Shown here in pieces: positions 28,382 to 37,547 of a stretch of 64,000 nt of DNA (within the stretch, counting starts at the first letter, position 1; each line of letters starts with the position of its first letter). The position numbers were made by a program, and so were the translations under genes. The notes under the pieces were generated by a model, which ran no database searches, was not told the DNA's origin, and saw nothing but the letters and a program-made list of their open reading frames with translations. The DNA comes from a candidate division WOR_3 bacterium SM23_42 (lineage in GTDB: Bacteria > Hydrothermota > Tepidihabitantia > SM23-42): the NCBI GenBank assembly GCA_001303785.1, contig LJUJ01000003.1:14027-78026 (forward strand), given 5' to 3'.

Positions 28382-30445
28382 GTGATAAGTGTCGACCATT
28401 TGAAAGAATTGATCGCCAGTGGGGACTTTGATAAGGTAGAAAACCTCTGGACAGATTTGATTACGGAGAGGAATATCGGTCTGGCCGAATACTTTGAGAT
28501 AAGCGATGCCCTTAAGCAAGTTGGTGAGCTCAAACGAGCATGCTTGCTGCTGGAACTGCTCGGCGACCACTACGAGACGCAACGAAATTACAGCGCTGCG
28601 ATCGAAGTGCAAAAACACATGCTACGCTATCGCCAGGAAGATCTCTCAATACGTAAGAGACTAATCGAGCTGTATCGCAAGCAACACCCTAATTCACAAC
28701 ATCTCGAAGAATACTTGGAGCTTTCAGGTTTGAGCAAATCTGACCCCATCATGAAGGCGATGCAGCGATTCGAAGAATTCCTTAAATACGACGTGGGCAA
28801 TTACTTTTACTTTGAGCGCTATGGCATGGGTAAAATCGTTGAAGTAATACCCCAAAAACGGGAAATCGTGGTCGATTTCGAAAAGAAGAATCGCCATTTT
28901 CTCGATATCGACGTTGCCCGGGGACTACTGTCACCGGTTAATGCCGAGCACTTCCTCTACAAGAAAAACAAGGAACTTGATGACTTGAAATCACTGGCAT
29001 CCTCACAACCGGTGCAACTTGTGGTAATGATCCTCCAGAGCTTCCGCGAACCACTCTCCGCGCCAAGAATTAAAGGTTATCTTGAGGGTATAATTGATAC
29101 AACCGAATTGAATTACTTCTGGGGAAAAATCAGGAAAGACCTCGAAAAAAATGATAACGTTAGGGTCGCTGGTAGGACAAATAAGACCTACACATACGTT
29201 GGTTCAGCAGCGGCTAAGCAAGATCACGCGATAAAAGCCTTCAATGAGGCAAATATTCGAGAGAAGTATCTATTGGCTGAAGAATATTTAAAGAAAATGC
29301 CTGAAGTTTTCAACATTCTGACACCAAGACTGAGACAATTAGGTCCCCAGGTTCGAAAAGAACATCCCGGGATTGCCCTCGACATACTTATGCTGTTTCA
29401 TGACATCGGGGAACTCAGCGAGATTGATCATTCAACAAAGGAACTGCTGAACGTGAGTAAGCCTGAAGACATACTCAACGACATGGCAAGCCACGAGCAT
29501 CAAGCCAGGCTACTACTCTATCTAAAGGAAAAATATCCTGACGAATGGCTGCAAACTGCCAAGAAAATATTGCTCAACAGCGAAGATTTCAAATTACTCG
29601 ATTCCGTGGCAGATAACTTGAAAAGCACGCCGCACACACTTGAGGATATTAACCACAAGATATTTGCCATGCCAAAACAATATACTAAACAGTATCTCTG
29701 GATGCTAAAAAGAATCGAAGCAGGTGCTCTCGCCGAATATTTGAAACCCACGCACATTCCCAGATTGATCGACACCCTTGAATACATAAGCGGCATCAAG
29801 GCAATCGTGAAGAAAATATTGTCTCTCGAAGCTTTCGATACTATGATCGCAAACGCCACGGAGAATGAAGCTTCAAGAATACGAAAATCCCTCAATAGAA
29901 GTGCTGCACTGAATGATTACGAAAAAAAAGGTCTCTTAAGGATTATCGAGCATCACTTCCCGGATTTGTTCGAAAAAAAATACGATATAATATACACAAC
30001 TGCAGCTGCGCTAAAAAGAAAAAAAGAAGAACTCAACCATATCCTCAGCGTCGACATACCTGCAAATAAAAAGGAAATTGGCCGGGCGCGTGAGTTCGGT
30101 GATTTGAGTGAAAACTTTGAATATAAGGCGGCCAAAGAAAAACAGGATCAGCTCTACGAGAAAGTGAAAACCATTGAGTCTGAATTGCAGAAGATACAAC
30201 TCATTGAGTCCTTAGAGATAAGGACAGACCGTGTTGAGATTGGAACCGCAATTACGTTAAGAAGCTCCAGGGACAATTCATTCGTCGTGTACAGAATACT
30301 TGGCCGGTGGGATACCGACCTGGCACACAAAACCATTTCTAACGAGGCGCCACTTGCCCGAGCGATGCTGGGTAAAAAACGTGGTGATTCAATTGAAATC
30401 GAGGGCATCGAATACGAAATCGCCGAAATCGGCAAGGCTTTCTGA
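28382..30445 (+). CDS. GreA/GreB-family transcription elongation factor with a ~500-aa N-terminal extension
   Basis: C-terminal ~160 aa matches GreA: EFGDLSENFEYKAAKEKQDQLYEKVKTIESEL...ISNEAPLARAMLGKKRGDSIEIEG. Starts with GTG. Confidence 0.75.
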   Translation: MISVDHLKELIASGDFDKVENLWTDLITERNIGLAEYFEISDALKQVGELKRACLLLELLGDHYETQRNYSAAIEVQKHMLRYRQEDLSIRKRLIELYRKQHPNSQHLEEYLELSGLSKSDPIMKAMQRFEEFLKYDVGNYFYFERYGMGKIVEVIPQKREIVVDFEKKNRHFLDIDVARGLLSPVNAEHFLYKKNKELDDLKSLASSQPVQLVVMILQSFREPLSAPRIKGYLEGIIDTTELNYFWGKIRKDLEKNDNVRVAGRTNKTYTYVGSAAAKQDHAIKAFNEANIREKYLLAEEYLKKMPEVFNILTPRLRQLGPQVRKEHPGIALDILMLFHDIGELSEIDHSTKELLNVSKPEDILNDMASHEHQARLLLYLKEKYPDEWLQTAKKILLNSEDFKLLDSVADNLKSTPHTLEDINHKIFAMPKQYTKQYLWMLKRIEAGALAEYLKPTHIPRLIDTLEYISGIKAIVKKILSLEAFDTMIANATENEASRIRKSLNRSAALNDYEKKGLLRIIEHHFPDLFEKKYDIIYTTAAALKRKKEELNHILSVDIPANKKEIGRAREFGDLSENFEYKAAKEKQDQLYEKVKTIESELQKIQLIESLEIRTDRVEIGTAITLRSSRDNSFVVYRILGRWDTDLAHKTISNEAPLARAMLGKKRGDSIEIEGIEYEIAEIGKAF

Positions 30446-30520
30446 ACCTGTAAGACTGTCGACAGATCGTTTTAAACCAATGTTACATATCGCACGTCAA
30501 AACTACTGAGGAGGTATATT

Positions 30521-31021
30521 ATGAGAGCAATTACCGCCGTCACTGTGCTAGCCTTTCCTCTTCTACTACTCGGAGGTCAAGAGGCGGTCGGCTATCTCGG
30601 GGTCTCAACCCACGGTTTGAGCGAAGCGATGAGAATCGCGCTCGACATCGACCATGGCGTAATAGTGGAAAGGGTTCACGAAGATTCCCCTGCAGAAAAA
30701 GCTGGCGTCGAAGTAGGGGACATCATCACAAAAATCGATGATGACCTAGTAAATGATTACAAGGCATTGAAGAGGGCTGTAGCGGCAAGGCCTAACGAAC
30801 GCGTATCGATGACCATATATCGCCGGGGCAAAAAATTGTCAAAAGCCGTCACCCTTAGTGAGCGAGAACCATCAAAACTAAAACTGGAAATGGATATTCC
30901 CGATATTCCCGATTTCAAGATCACCGTGAACGCTGAAGAAATCAAGCAGGCTATCGAAGAAATCAAAGCAGAGCTCGAAAAGGTCAAAGAAGAGCTAAAG
31001 CAACTCAAGAAACAGTACTAA
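30521..31021 (+). CDS. Periplasmic PDZ-domain protein with C-terminal coiled-coil
   Basis: Signal peptide; PDZ pattern GYLGVS...HGVIVERVHEDSPAEKAGVEVGDIITKIDD...V; C-terminal EEIKQAIEEIKAELEKVKEELKQLKKQ. GGAGG RBS 7 nt upstream. Confidence 0.7.
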   Translation: MRAITAVTVLAFPLLLLGGQEAVGYLGVSTHGLSEAMRIALDIDHGVIVERVHEDSPAEKAGVEVGDIITKIDDDLVNDYKALKRAVAARPNERVSMTIYRRGKKLSKAVTLSEREPSKLKLEMDIPDIPDFKITVNAEEIKQAIEEIKAELEKVKEELKQLKKQY

Positions 31022-31148
31022 TAGGCATCTCTGACGCCGTATCCATTCCACGCCTCACAGATACCTAGAAAACTGAGAACGACCAGCGCGCAGGCGCTAC
31101 CATGGTCGTAGCGGTTGACATAAAAAACAAGCCGCGTATACTCTTGTC

Positions 31149-32114
31149 ATGGAATTCAGATTATCCAGACTCGACAAGGGCGCAACAATAACAACTATAC
31201 TAGTCACGGCATTGCTCGTTGCGTTATCTGTATTTTTCATTATCAAGGTACCCTATGGCTGGGTCGTCGCGATTCTCATGATGTCAATCATCGTGTTTTC
31301 TTACCTGCTCAGCCCTGCCAAATATCAATTCGACGGCTCGAGATTCGTCATCCAGAAGGTAATCGGCAAAAGGATCATCATAGCTCTGGAAGATATTGAG
31401 GGTTATGCGATAGTCCCGGATTTTTCCAAACTCCGTGTCGCCCGCACTTTTGGGAACGGTGGTCTGTTTGGCTACTACGGAACATTTTCTACTATCGAAT
31501 ATGGCACACTGAGCTGCCAGCTGACAAACTTGAAACAGGTACTCATCATGAAAACCAACCGCGGCACATTCGCAATATCGCCTGCCGACATCGCAAGATT
31601 TGAAGAACATTTGGTTAATTCTGTTAGGGGATTAACCGGGGAAATCAAACCGCTGATTCCAACAGAACCCGAGGCAGTCAAATACGCAAATCCGCTCATA
31701 CTAATATTACCGCTGGCGCTATTTACCCTGACCGCAATAATGGTGTTAGCTCTGTATCAACAACTTCCCGAGCGCATCGCCGTCCATTTCGACTTGCATG
31801 GAAATCCCGATGGGTGGTCGTCAAGGACATCATTCATCATATCGGGCTTTATTCCCGCAACTGTGCTCTGTGCGATCGGCATTGTGTCTTTTTTTGTTAC
31901 CCGCAGGGCGACCACCAAAGCGACCCTGCCATACATGCTGGTCGCGCTCTTCGCGCTTTTTCAGCTCTTCGTTGCCTACACCGCGCTTGACACTTTTTGG
32001 ATCAACAAATATGATACACACCCGATAGCATTTCCCTATAACATTGTTGGCTATCTGGTAATTATTGTAATATTGCTTGTCGTGTACTATCGAAAAACGA
32101 AGACTGCGGTTTGA
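31149..32114 (+). CDS. Membrane protein (N-terminal bacterial PH-like/DUF304 region plus DUF1648/SdpI-like C-terminal region)
   Basis: Two N-terminal TM helices, a soluble region, then HFDLHGNPDGWSSRTSF (DUF1648 signature) and further TM helices. Confidence 0.45.
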   Translation: MEFRLSRLDKGATITTILVTALLVALSVFFIIKVPYGWVVAILMMSIIVFSYLLSPAKYQFDGSRFVIQKVIGKRIIIALEDIEGYAIVPDFSKLRVARTFGNGGLFGYYGTFSTIEYGTLSCQLTNLKQVLIMKTNRGTFAISPADIARFEEHLVNSVRGLTGEIKPLIPTEPEAVKYANPLILILPLALFTLTAIMVLALYQQLPERIAVHFDLHGNPDGWSSRTSFIISGFIPATVLCAIGIVSFFVTRRATTKATLPYMLVALFALFQLFVAYTALDTFWINKYDTHPIAFPYNIVGYLVIIVILLVVYYRKTKTAV

Positions 32115-32143
32115 CCTGGGCTCGAGACAATAATCTCAAGCCA

Positions 32144-32704
32144 TTATTTGAATAGCTTCTTACCTTTACCCACGATTTTGTTAAGCTGATCCTTGAAATA
32201 GTCCGTACTTTCAACAATATGTTTAGGAATCTGCTGGCAATAATACTCCCAGGACCGTCGAATCTCGGGGCCCAATAGTTGGGCAATCGTGCCATCACGA
32301 AGGCCTTGTTCAACGCGTGCCTTATTGTACAAAACCAGGTCTGAAGCGAGTGCTTTGGCAAGACGACGTGCTCTTGCATGCCATTTCTTATCTTCTTCGC
32401 TCATCTCTTCTTCAGAAAGATGTATTTTTCTCTCAACAGATTCTTCAACTGCCTTGCGCTCGGCCTCGGCTTTCTTCGGTAGTTCCAATGACGGCGGTTT
32501 TTCCACAGCCGGTGGCGGTGGAGCGACTCCTTTGGCTTCGGGCCCGGTCGTTGTGGCTCTTGCCTCATCGGTTGGCGGGACGGCTGCCTTCTTAATATAG
32601 ATCACATTGCTGCACTTCCTGCACCGCACCTTTACGCCCGCCGCCGGGATTTTTTTCTCGTCGATATTGTAAGTCGTATGGCAGTAATTACATTCGACAA
32701 TCAT
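32144..32704 (-). CDS. Zinc-ribbon (MJ0042-type) domain protein with Pro-rich linker
   Basis: N-terminus IVECNYCHTTYNIDEKKIPAAGVKVRCRKCSNVIYI (C-x2-C...C-x2-C zinc ribbon), then PPPPAVEKPP, then a conserved-looking ~100-aa C-terminal domain of unknown function. Confidence 0.5.
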   Translation of the reverse strand: MIVECNYCHTTYNIDEKKIPAAGVKVRCRKCSNVIYIKKAAVPPTDEARATTTGPEAKGVAPPPPAVEKPPSLELPKKAEAERKAVEESVERKIHLSEEEMSEEDKKWHARARRLAKALASDLVLYNKARVEQGLRDGTIAQLLGPEIRRSWEYYCQQIPKHIVESTDYFKDQLNKIVGKGKKLFK

Positions 32705-33287
32705 CTTCTATCCGCCGATATATTTCCTGACATTTTTTCCGTAATTCATCTATCGTTCCGTCATTCCTAATAACATGAGTTGCCTGCGCCGTCATTTCCT
32801 TCTCAGATTTTTGTCTTGATACGATTTTCTCAAAAAGCCGTTCGGAAATACCCTTCCGTTTAGCACGGGCAAGCATTCTATCACGAAGCGCAGTGACCAA
32901 AATAGTATAATCGACTAGTTTGCGCACATCGGGCCAGTCAAAGAGCAGAGCCGCGTCAACAACGATCATCCCGGATTTGATGCCCCTCATTCTTTCGATT
33001 ATTTTCTTTGTCAAAATTGGATGGGAGACCCGATTAAGGAATTCCAGATTCTCCATATCTGAAAAGACCATCTCACGAAGCTTTTCTTTGTTAATATCAT
33101 GGTTCTGCATTATTTCTTCACCAAATCTCTTTTGCAACACATCGGCTATTTTCGGCAATACCGCCCAGCCGATTTCATCCGCGGAAATGTACTGCGCTCC
33201 GAGTTCCTCAAATATCTTCGAAACAGTTGTTTTCCCTGCACCAATATTTCCCGCTACACCTATTACCACCTTAGAACCGTAACACAT
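32688..33287 (-). CDS. coaE: Dephospho-CoA kinase
   Basis: VIGVAGNIGAGKTTVS P-loop near the N-terminus; about 199 aa; overall CoaE pattern. Confidence 0.9.
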   Translation of the reverse strand: MCYGSKVVIGVAGNIGAGKTTVSKIFEELGAQYISADEIGWAVLPKIADVLQKRFGEEIMQNHDINKEKLREMVFSDMENLEFLNRVSHPILTKKIIERMRGIKSGMIVVDAALLFDWPDVRKLVDYTILVTALRDRMLARAKRKGISERLFEKIVSRQKSEKEMTAQATHVIRNDGTIDELRKKCQEIYRRIEDDCRM

Positions 33288-33299
33288 ATGCCCATAGTC

Positions 33300-34535
33300 T
33301 CAAAAGCGTTTCAAGCAAATCGTCACATTATGACCACCAAAACCAAGCGAATTTGACAGCGCATGTCCGATCTTTAACTGCCTTGGCTGTCCTCTTGCGA
33401 TATCCAGTCCTTCACACTCTGGGTCGGGTTCCTCAAGGTTAATAGTCGGGTGTACTACACCATCTCTTATCGAAAGAATCGTAGCCACCGCCTCTATTGC
33501 CCCTGCTGCGCCGAGGCTGTGACCGATCATCGATTTCGTTGCATTCATTACTATCTTTTTTGCATGCGCGCCGAAAAGGTCCTTAATCGCTCTAGCCTCA
33601 AACTTGTCGTTCAACTCAGTTGAAGTACCGTGCGTATTAATGTAGTCAATATCCTCATTACTACACCCTGATTCTCGAATCGATCTCGCCATGGATCTAC
33701 GGGCACCCTCGCCTTCTGGAGCCGGTGCCGTGATGTGAAACCCGTCACCCGTGGCACCGAATCCCAGTATCTCGCCATAAATGGTGGCATCTCTCTGGTT
33801 AGCAAATTCGAGTTCCTCGAGTATGATCGTCGCAGCTCCCTCGGCCATAACAAACCCATCGCGCTTCTTGTCAAAAGGCCTCGATGCCTTCTGTGGTTCA
33901 TCATTACGACGCGATAGAGCACGCATATTACTGAAACCGGCCAGAGAAAATGGAGTCACCGACGCCTCTGAGCCGCCGGTAACAACAACATCGGCATCCC
34001 CATATTTTATGACACGAAATGCGTTGCCAATCGCATGAGCACCCGAGGCGCATGCTGATACCGTAGTGTAGTTAGGTCCTTTCAGACCCCAGTGAATAGA
34101 CACATATCCGGATGTCATGTCGCTAATCATCATCGGGATCAGAAAAGGTGATACGCGCGCCGGGCCCTGATTCAAGAACTTGGTATGCTCTGCCTCCCAA
34201 GTCGATAAACCACCGATACCCGATCCGATTATCACACCAATTCGGTCGGCATCATATTTGCTGAAATCGATTTTTGCATCCTCAACCGCCTCGATTGCCG
34301 ACCAGAGGGCAAACTGCACACATCGATCAAGCCTCCTAACCAACTTCGGATTGATTCTTTCTTCTGGATTGAAACCCTTGACCTCACCGGCGATCTTGAC
34401 GGTATGATCAGAAGTGTCGAAGGCTTTTATCCTATCGATCCCGCTTTCGCCCTTGAGCAGTCTGTCCCAAGTGGTCTTGACATTGTTACCGAGCGGTGTT
34501 ATCGCACCAAGCCCGGTGATTACAACCCTTCTCAT
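33300..34535 (-). CDS. fabF: 3-oxoacyl-[acyl-carrier-protein] synthase II
   Basis: [17 protein letters not shown] start, active-site Cys region [11 protein letters not shown], His/His motifs and the C-terminal GFGGHN pattern. Confidence 0.95.
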   Translation of the reverse strand: MRRVVITGLGAITPLGNNVKTTWDRLLKGESGIDRIKAFDTSDHTVKIAGEVKGFNPEERINPKLVRRLDRCVQFALWSAIEAVEDAKIDFSKYDADRIGVIIGSGIGGLSTWEAEHTKFLNQGPARVSPFLIPMMISDMTSGYVSIHWGLKGPNYTTVSACASGAHAIGNAFRVIKYGDADVVVTGGSEASVTPFSLAGFSNMRALSRRNDEPQKASRPFDKKRDGFVMAEGAATIILEELEFANQRDATIYGEILGFGATGDGFHITAPAPEGEGARRSMARSIRESGCSNEDIDYINTHGTSTELNDKFEARAIKDLFGAHAKKIVMNATKSMIGHSLGAAGAIEAVATILSIRDGVVHPTINLEEPDPECEGLDIARGQPRQLKIGHALSNSLGFGGHNVTICLKRF

Positions 34536-34771
34536 TTTTGTTTAAGGTGCTCCTCGAGATAGGCTACTGCCTTGCCAACATTATCCAGTTTCTGAGCTTC
34601 TTCTTCTGATATCTGCAAACCGAATTTCTCCTCTAAAGCCATTATCAGCTCGACTGTATCCAACGAATCTGCACCAAGATCTTCGATGAACTTGGCATCG
34701 ATCGTTACTTTTTCCGGCGGAACATGAAGCTGCTCGACAATTATGTTTCTCACATCATCAAAAAGAGCCAT
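34532..34771 (-). CDS. acpP: Acyl carrier protein
   Basis: [20 protein letters not shown] with the phosphopantetheine-attachment Ser. Start placed at the internal ATG (MALFDDV...); the longer ORF to 34807 is probably an over-extension. Confidence 0.9.
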   Translation of the reverse strand: MALFDDVRNIIVEQLHVPPEKVTIDAKFIEDLGADSLDTVELIMALEEKFGLQISEEEAQKLDNVGKAVAYLEEHLKQK

Positions 34772-34831
34772 ACTGATCCTCCTTTCATGTTTCTGTGCTG
34801 AAGACACGATTCGGTCGGCGCACGTGTCTTC

Positions 34832-35566
34832 TCACTGCATAACCATACCTCCATCCACACAAATTGTCTGACCGGTTAGATATGAAGCACCGTCTGAGGA
34901 TAGAAACATAACAAGATCTGCAACATCTTCGGGCTCCCCAAATCTACCCAAGGGTATGAGTTTGAGATAATTCTCCTTTATCTCCTCGGGTATGACCTCG
35001 GTCATCCTCGTTTTAATGAAACCCGGTGCGATAGCATTGACCATTATGTTGCGGCGGGCGAGCTCCTTGGCACACGATTTTGTGAACGCGATTATACCGG
35101 CCTTACTCGCTGCATAGTTTGCCTGTCCAAAGTTCCCGATTATTCCAATCACCGACGCTATGTTGACGATTCTACCGTGACGTTGCTTGATCATGTGCTT
35201 GGCCACGGCTTTTGTCATCGAGAACGTTCCCGTGAGATTAACCTGGAGAACACGTTCCCAGTCTTCCTTCGTCATACGTATCAGTAATGTATCTTTAGTA
35301 ACGCCTGCGTTATTCACAAGAATGTCGATTCGTCCAAATTCCTTGAAGATATTATCTACTACTGCATTGACCTCAGTTTCAGCCGTGATATCAAGCTTGT
35401 AAAATCGGGCCGCCGCACCTATTTCGGCGACCAGCTTCTGGCCGTTTTCGGAGTCAATATCACAGATTGCTACCTGTACACCTTGTTGCACGAACCTTCT
35501 GGCAATTGCGGCTCCAATACCTGTGGCACCTCCTGTTATTAACGCCAATCTGCCCTGTGTAGCCAT
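34832..35566 (-). CDS. fabG: 3-oxoacyl-[acyl-carrier-protein] reductase
   Basis: SDR Rossmann motif TGGATGIGAAIA, catalytic YAASKAG; 244 aa. Confidence 0.9.
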   Translation of the reverse strand: MATQGRLALITGGATGIGAAIARRFVQQGVQVAICDIDSENGQKLVAEIGAAARFYKLDITAETEVNAVVDNIFKEFGRIDILVNNAGVTKDTLLIRMTKEDWERVLQVNLTGTFSMTKAVAKHMIKQRHGRIVNIASVIGIIGNFGQANYAASKAGIIAFTKSCAKELARRNIMVNAIAPGFIKTRMTEVIPEEIKENYLKLIPLGRFGEPEDVADLVMFLSSDGASYLTGQTICVDGGMVMQ

Positions 35567-35683
35567 TTGAAAATTCTATTCAATTTTACTTTGATGTCAA
35601 GTGTATGGGCAAATTCACACCCTGGAGTGTGTTATCCAAAAAAATGCCCCGCCTTGAGGCGGGGCATTTATGATGTTATCGAA

Positions 35684-37000
35684 CTAAACTTGTTGATATT
35701 GCTGCCAGCGTCTTTCCAAGTTTGAATCGGACATCGTCGTCATTATGTAATCGCAGAACTCATTACCGGTTGCGCCCGTCGAACGTCCGGTCATCACCAG
35801 CTTCTTTTCATACTGACCGCATATATCAAGGGCCATTTCCAGCTTCTTTGCCAACGCCACATAACCGATATGATTGAGAAGCATGGACCCGGCTCTGATA
35901 ACACTACTAGGGTCTGCATACTGGGCGCGTCCTTCCTTCACCATGCGCGGGGCACTACCGTGAATAGCTTCAAACATGGCATAGCGCTTGCCGATATTCG
36001 CGCTGCCAGCCGTGCCTACACCACCCTGAAATTCCGCGGCTTCATCAGTGAGAATATCACCATAGAGATTGGGCAACACCATCACCTTGAACTGTCGACG
36101 CCGCTTTTCATCAACCAGTTTTGCGGTCATGATGTCAATGAACCAATCGTCGGCGTTGATCTTCGGATATTCTTTCGCGATCTGATAGAAAGTCTTTAAG
36201 AAAAGGCCATCCGTGGTTTTCACAACATTCGCTTTGGTTACTGCGGTCACACGATCGATATTGTTCTTCTTGGCGTGTTCGAAGGCCAATCTGATTATGC
36301 GATCGCTGCCCGGTTTGGTGATGAGTCTGAAGTCGATAGCCACATCCGGTGTTACCTCGACGCCAAATGGTCCAAGCGCATAAACATCTTCGGTGTTTTC
36401 CCGAAAGAACATCCAATCGATGCCAAGAGCAGGAACACGTACGGGCCGTACATTGGCAAACAGATCCAGCTCCTTACGCATCGCCACATTCGCACTTTCA
36501 ATATTCGGCCAGGGATCGCCCTTTTTTGGCGTTGTCGTTGGTCCTTTCAGGGTCACGTGGCATTTCTTAATCTCCGTCAGGACATCATCAGGAATCGGTT
36601 TCATGACTTTCGATCTCTTTTCGATCGTCAACCCTTCAATCACGCGAAACTCAATCTTGCCTTTCGCAACCTCACCTTTTAACATATGCTCTAGAACCCG
36701 CTGTGCCTCATTCGTAATATAAGGTCCGATTCCATCACCGCCAATCGTGCCAATAATCACCGGCCTGAGGACCGCATAGTCGATCCAGTTTTGCGCCTTC
36801 TTCAAGCGTCTGACTCTTGCGAGCTGGGTCTCGAGAATTCCTTGAAAGTGATGCTGAGCTTTGATAATGGAAACAGGTACCTTAGCTTTCGGGACGGCCT
36901 TTTTCTTAGTGACTTTCTTGGTCTTTTTGGCTTTTGGCGATCTTCTCATCTTCTTAGCTCTCCGCACCTTTTTCGATGTCCTTCTTTTGGTCTTTTTCAT
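35684..37000 (-). CDS. icd: Isocitrate dehydrogenase (Icd-type beta-decarboxylating dehydrogenase) with ~45-aa lysine-rich N-terminal extension
   Basis: GGDGIGPYITNEA, SANVAMRKELDLFANVRPV and NLYGDILTD...GSANIG match Icd. Preceded in-frame by MKKTKRRTSKKVRRAKKMRRSPKAKKTKKVTKKKAVPKAKVPV. An AAGGAG RBS sits 8-9 nt upstream of the ATG at 37000. Confidence 0.85.
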   Translation of the reverse strand: MKKTKRRTSKKVRRAKKMRRSPKAKKTKKVTKKKAVPKAKVPVSIIKAQHHFQGILETQLARVRRLKKAQNWIDYAVLRPVIIGTIGGDGIGPYITNEAQRVLEHMLKGEVAKGKIEFRVIEGLTIEKRSKVMKPIPDDVLTEIKKCHVTLKGPTTTPKKGDPWPNIESANVAMRKELDLFANVRPVRVPALGIDWMFFRENTEDVYALGPFGVEVTPDVAIDFRLITKPGSDRIIRLAFEHAKKNNIDRVTAVTKANVVKTTDGLFLKTFYQIAKEYPKINADDWFIDIMTAKLVDEKRRRQFKVMVLPNLYGDILTDEAAEFQGGVGTAGSANIGKRYAMFEAIHGSAPRMVKEGRAQYADPSSVIRAGSMLLNHIGYVALAKKLEMALDICGQYEKKLVMTGRSTGATGNEFCDYIMTTMSDSNLERRWQQYQQV

Positions 37001-37018
37001 CTTGTCTTCTCCTTTTAA

Positions 37019-37522
37019 CTAGTCTAATCTAAAATCACCATGCTTCTCAATATGGGCCAGAAGTCCGCCATCATTCAAGATATTCAACATCGCCTTGGGC
37101 AATGGGTGGGCTTTAAGTTCGATACCTTTTGTCCTATTATGGATAGTACCGGTCGCAAGGTCGATCGCTATTTCGTCATCCTGCTCGATTTTATCGGTAT
37201 CACATTCGAGAAGCGGGAGACCCACGTTTATTGCATTACGATAGAAGATACGCGCAAACGACTTAGCCAGTACAGCCGAGACTCCAGCAAGTTTTATAAT
37301 CGTAGGAGCGTGCTCCCGAGAACTTCCCAATCCAAAATTATTACCCGCTACTACAAAATCCCCTTCAGCCATCTTTGATGCGAAGTCCTGATCGGCGTCT
37401 TCGAGAACATGCTTGGCAAGCTCTGGCAAATTCGAACGCAGGTGGAAGTATCGACCTGGGCATATTAGATCAGTCGAGATGCTGTCGCCAAACTTCCAAG
37501 CCTTTCCTTTTAGAATCATCAC
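37019..37522 (-). CDS. LeuD-type small subunit of a 3-isopropylmalate dehydratase/homoaconitase-family hydro-lyase (type 2, ~165 aa)
   Basis: [22 protein letters not shown]... matches the short (archaeal-type) LeuD/HACN small-subunit family. Confidence 0.85.
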   Translation of the reverse strand: MMILKGKAWKFGDSISTDLICPGRYFHLRSNLPELAKHVLEDADQDFASKMAEGDFVVAGNNFGLGSSREHAPTIIKLAGVSAVLAKSFARIFYRNAINVGLPLLECDTDKIEQDDEIAIDLATGTIHNRTKGIELKAHPLPKAMLNILNDGGLLAHIEKHGDFRLD

Positions 37523-37547
37523 AAACCTCCTGGCTCTACTGGTTTCT

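Noticed and set aside
35684-37000. Possibility that the lysine-rich N-terminal tail of icd is a separate small histone-like gene
   Set aside because: There is no stop codon between the basic segment and the Icd catalytic core in the same frame, and the only strong RBS is at the far upstream ATG. So I treat it as a fusion/extension rather than a separate gene (kept as a finding).
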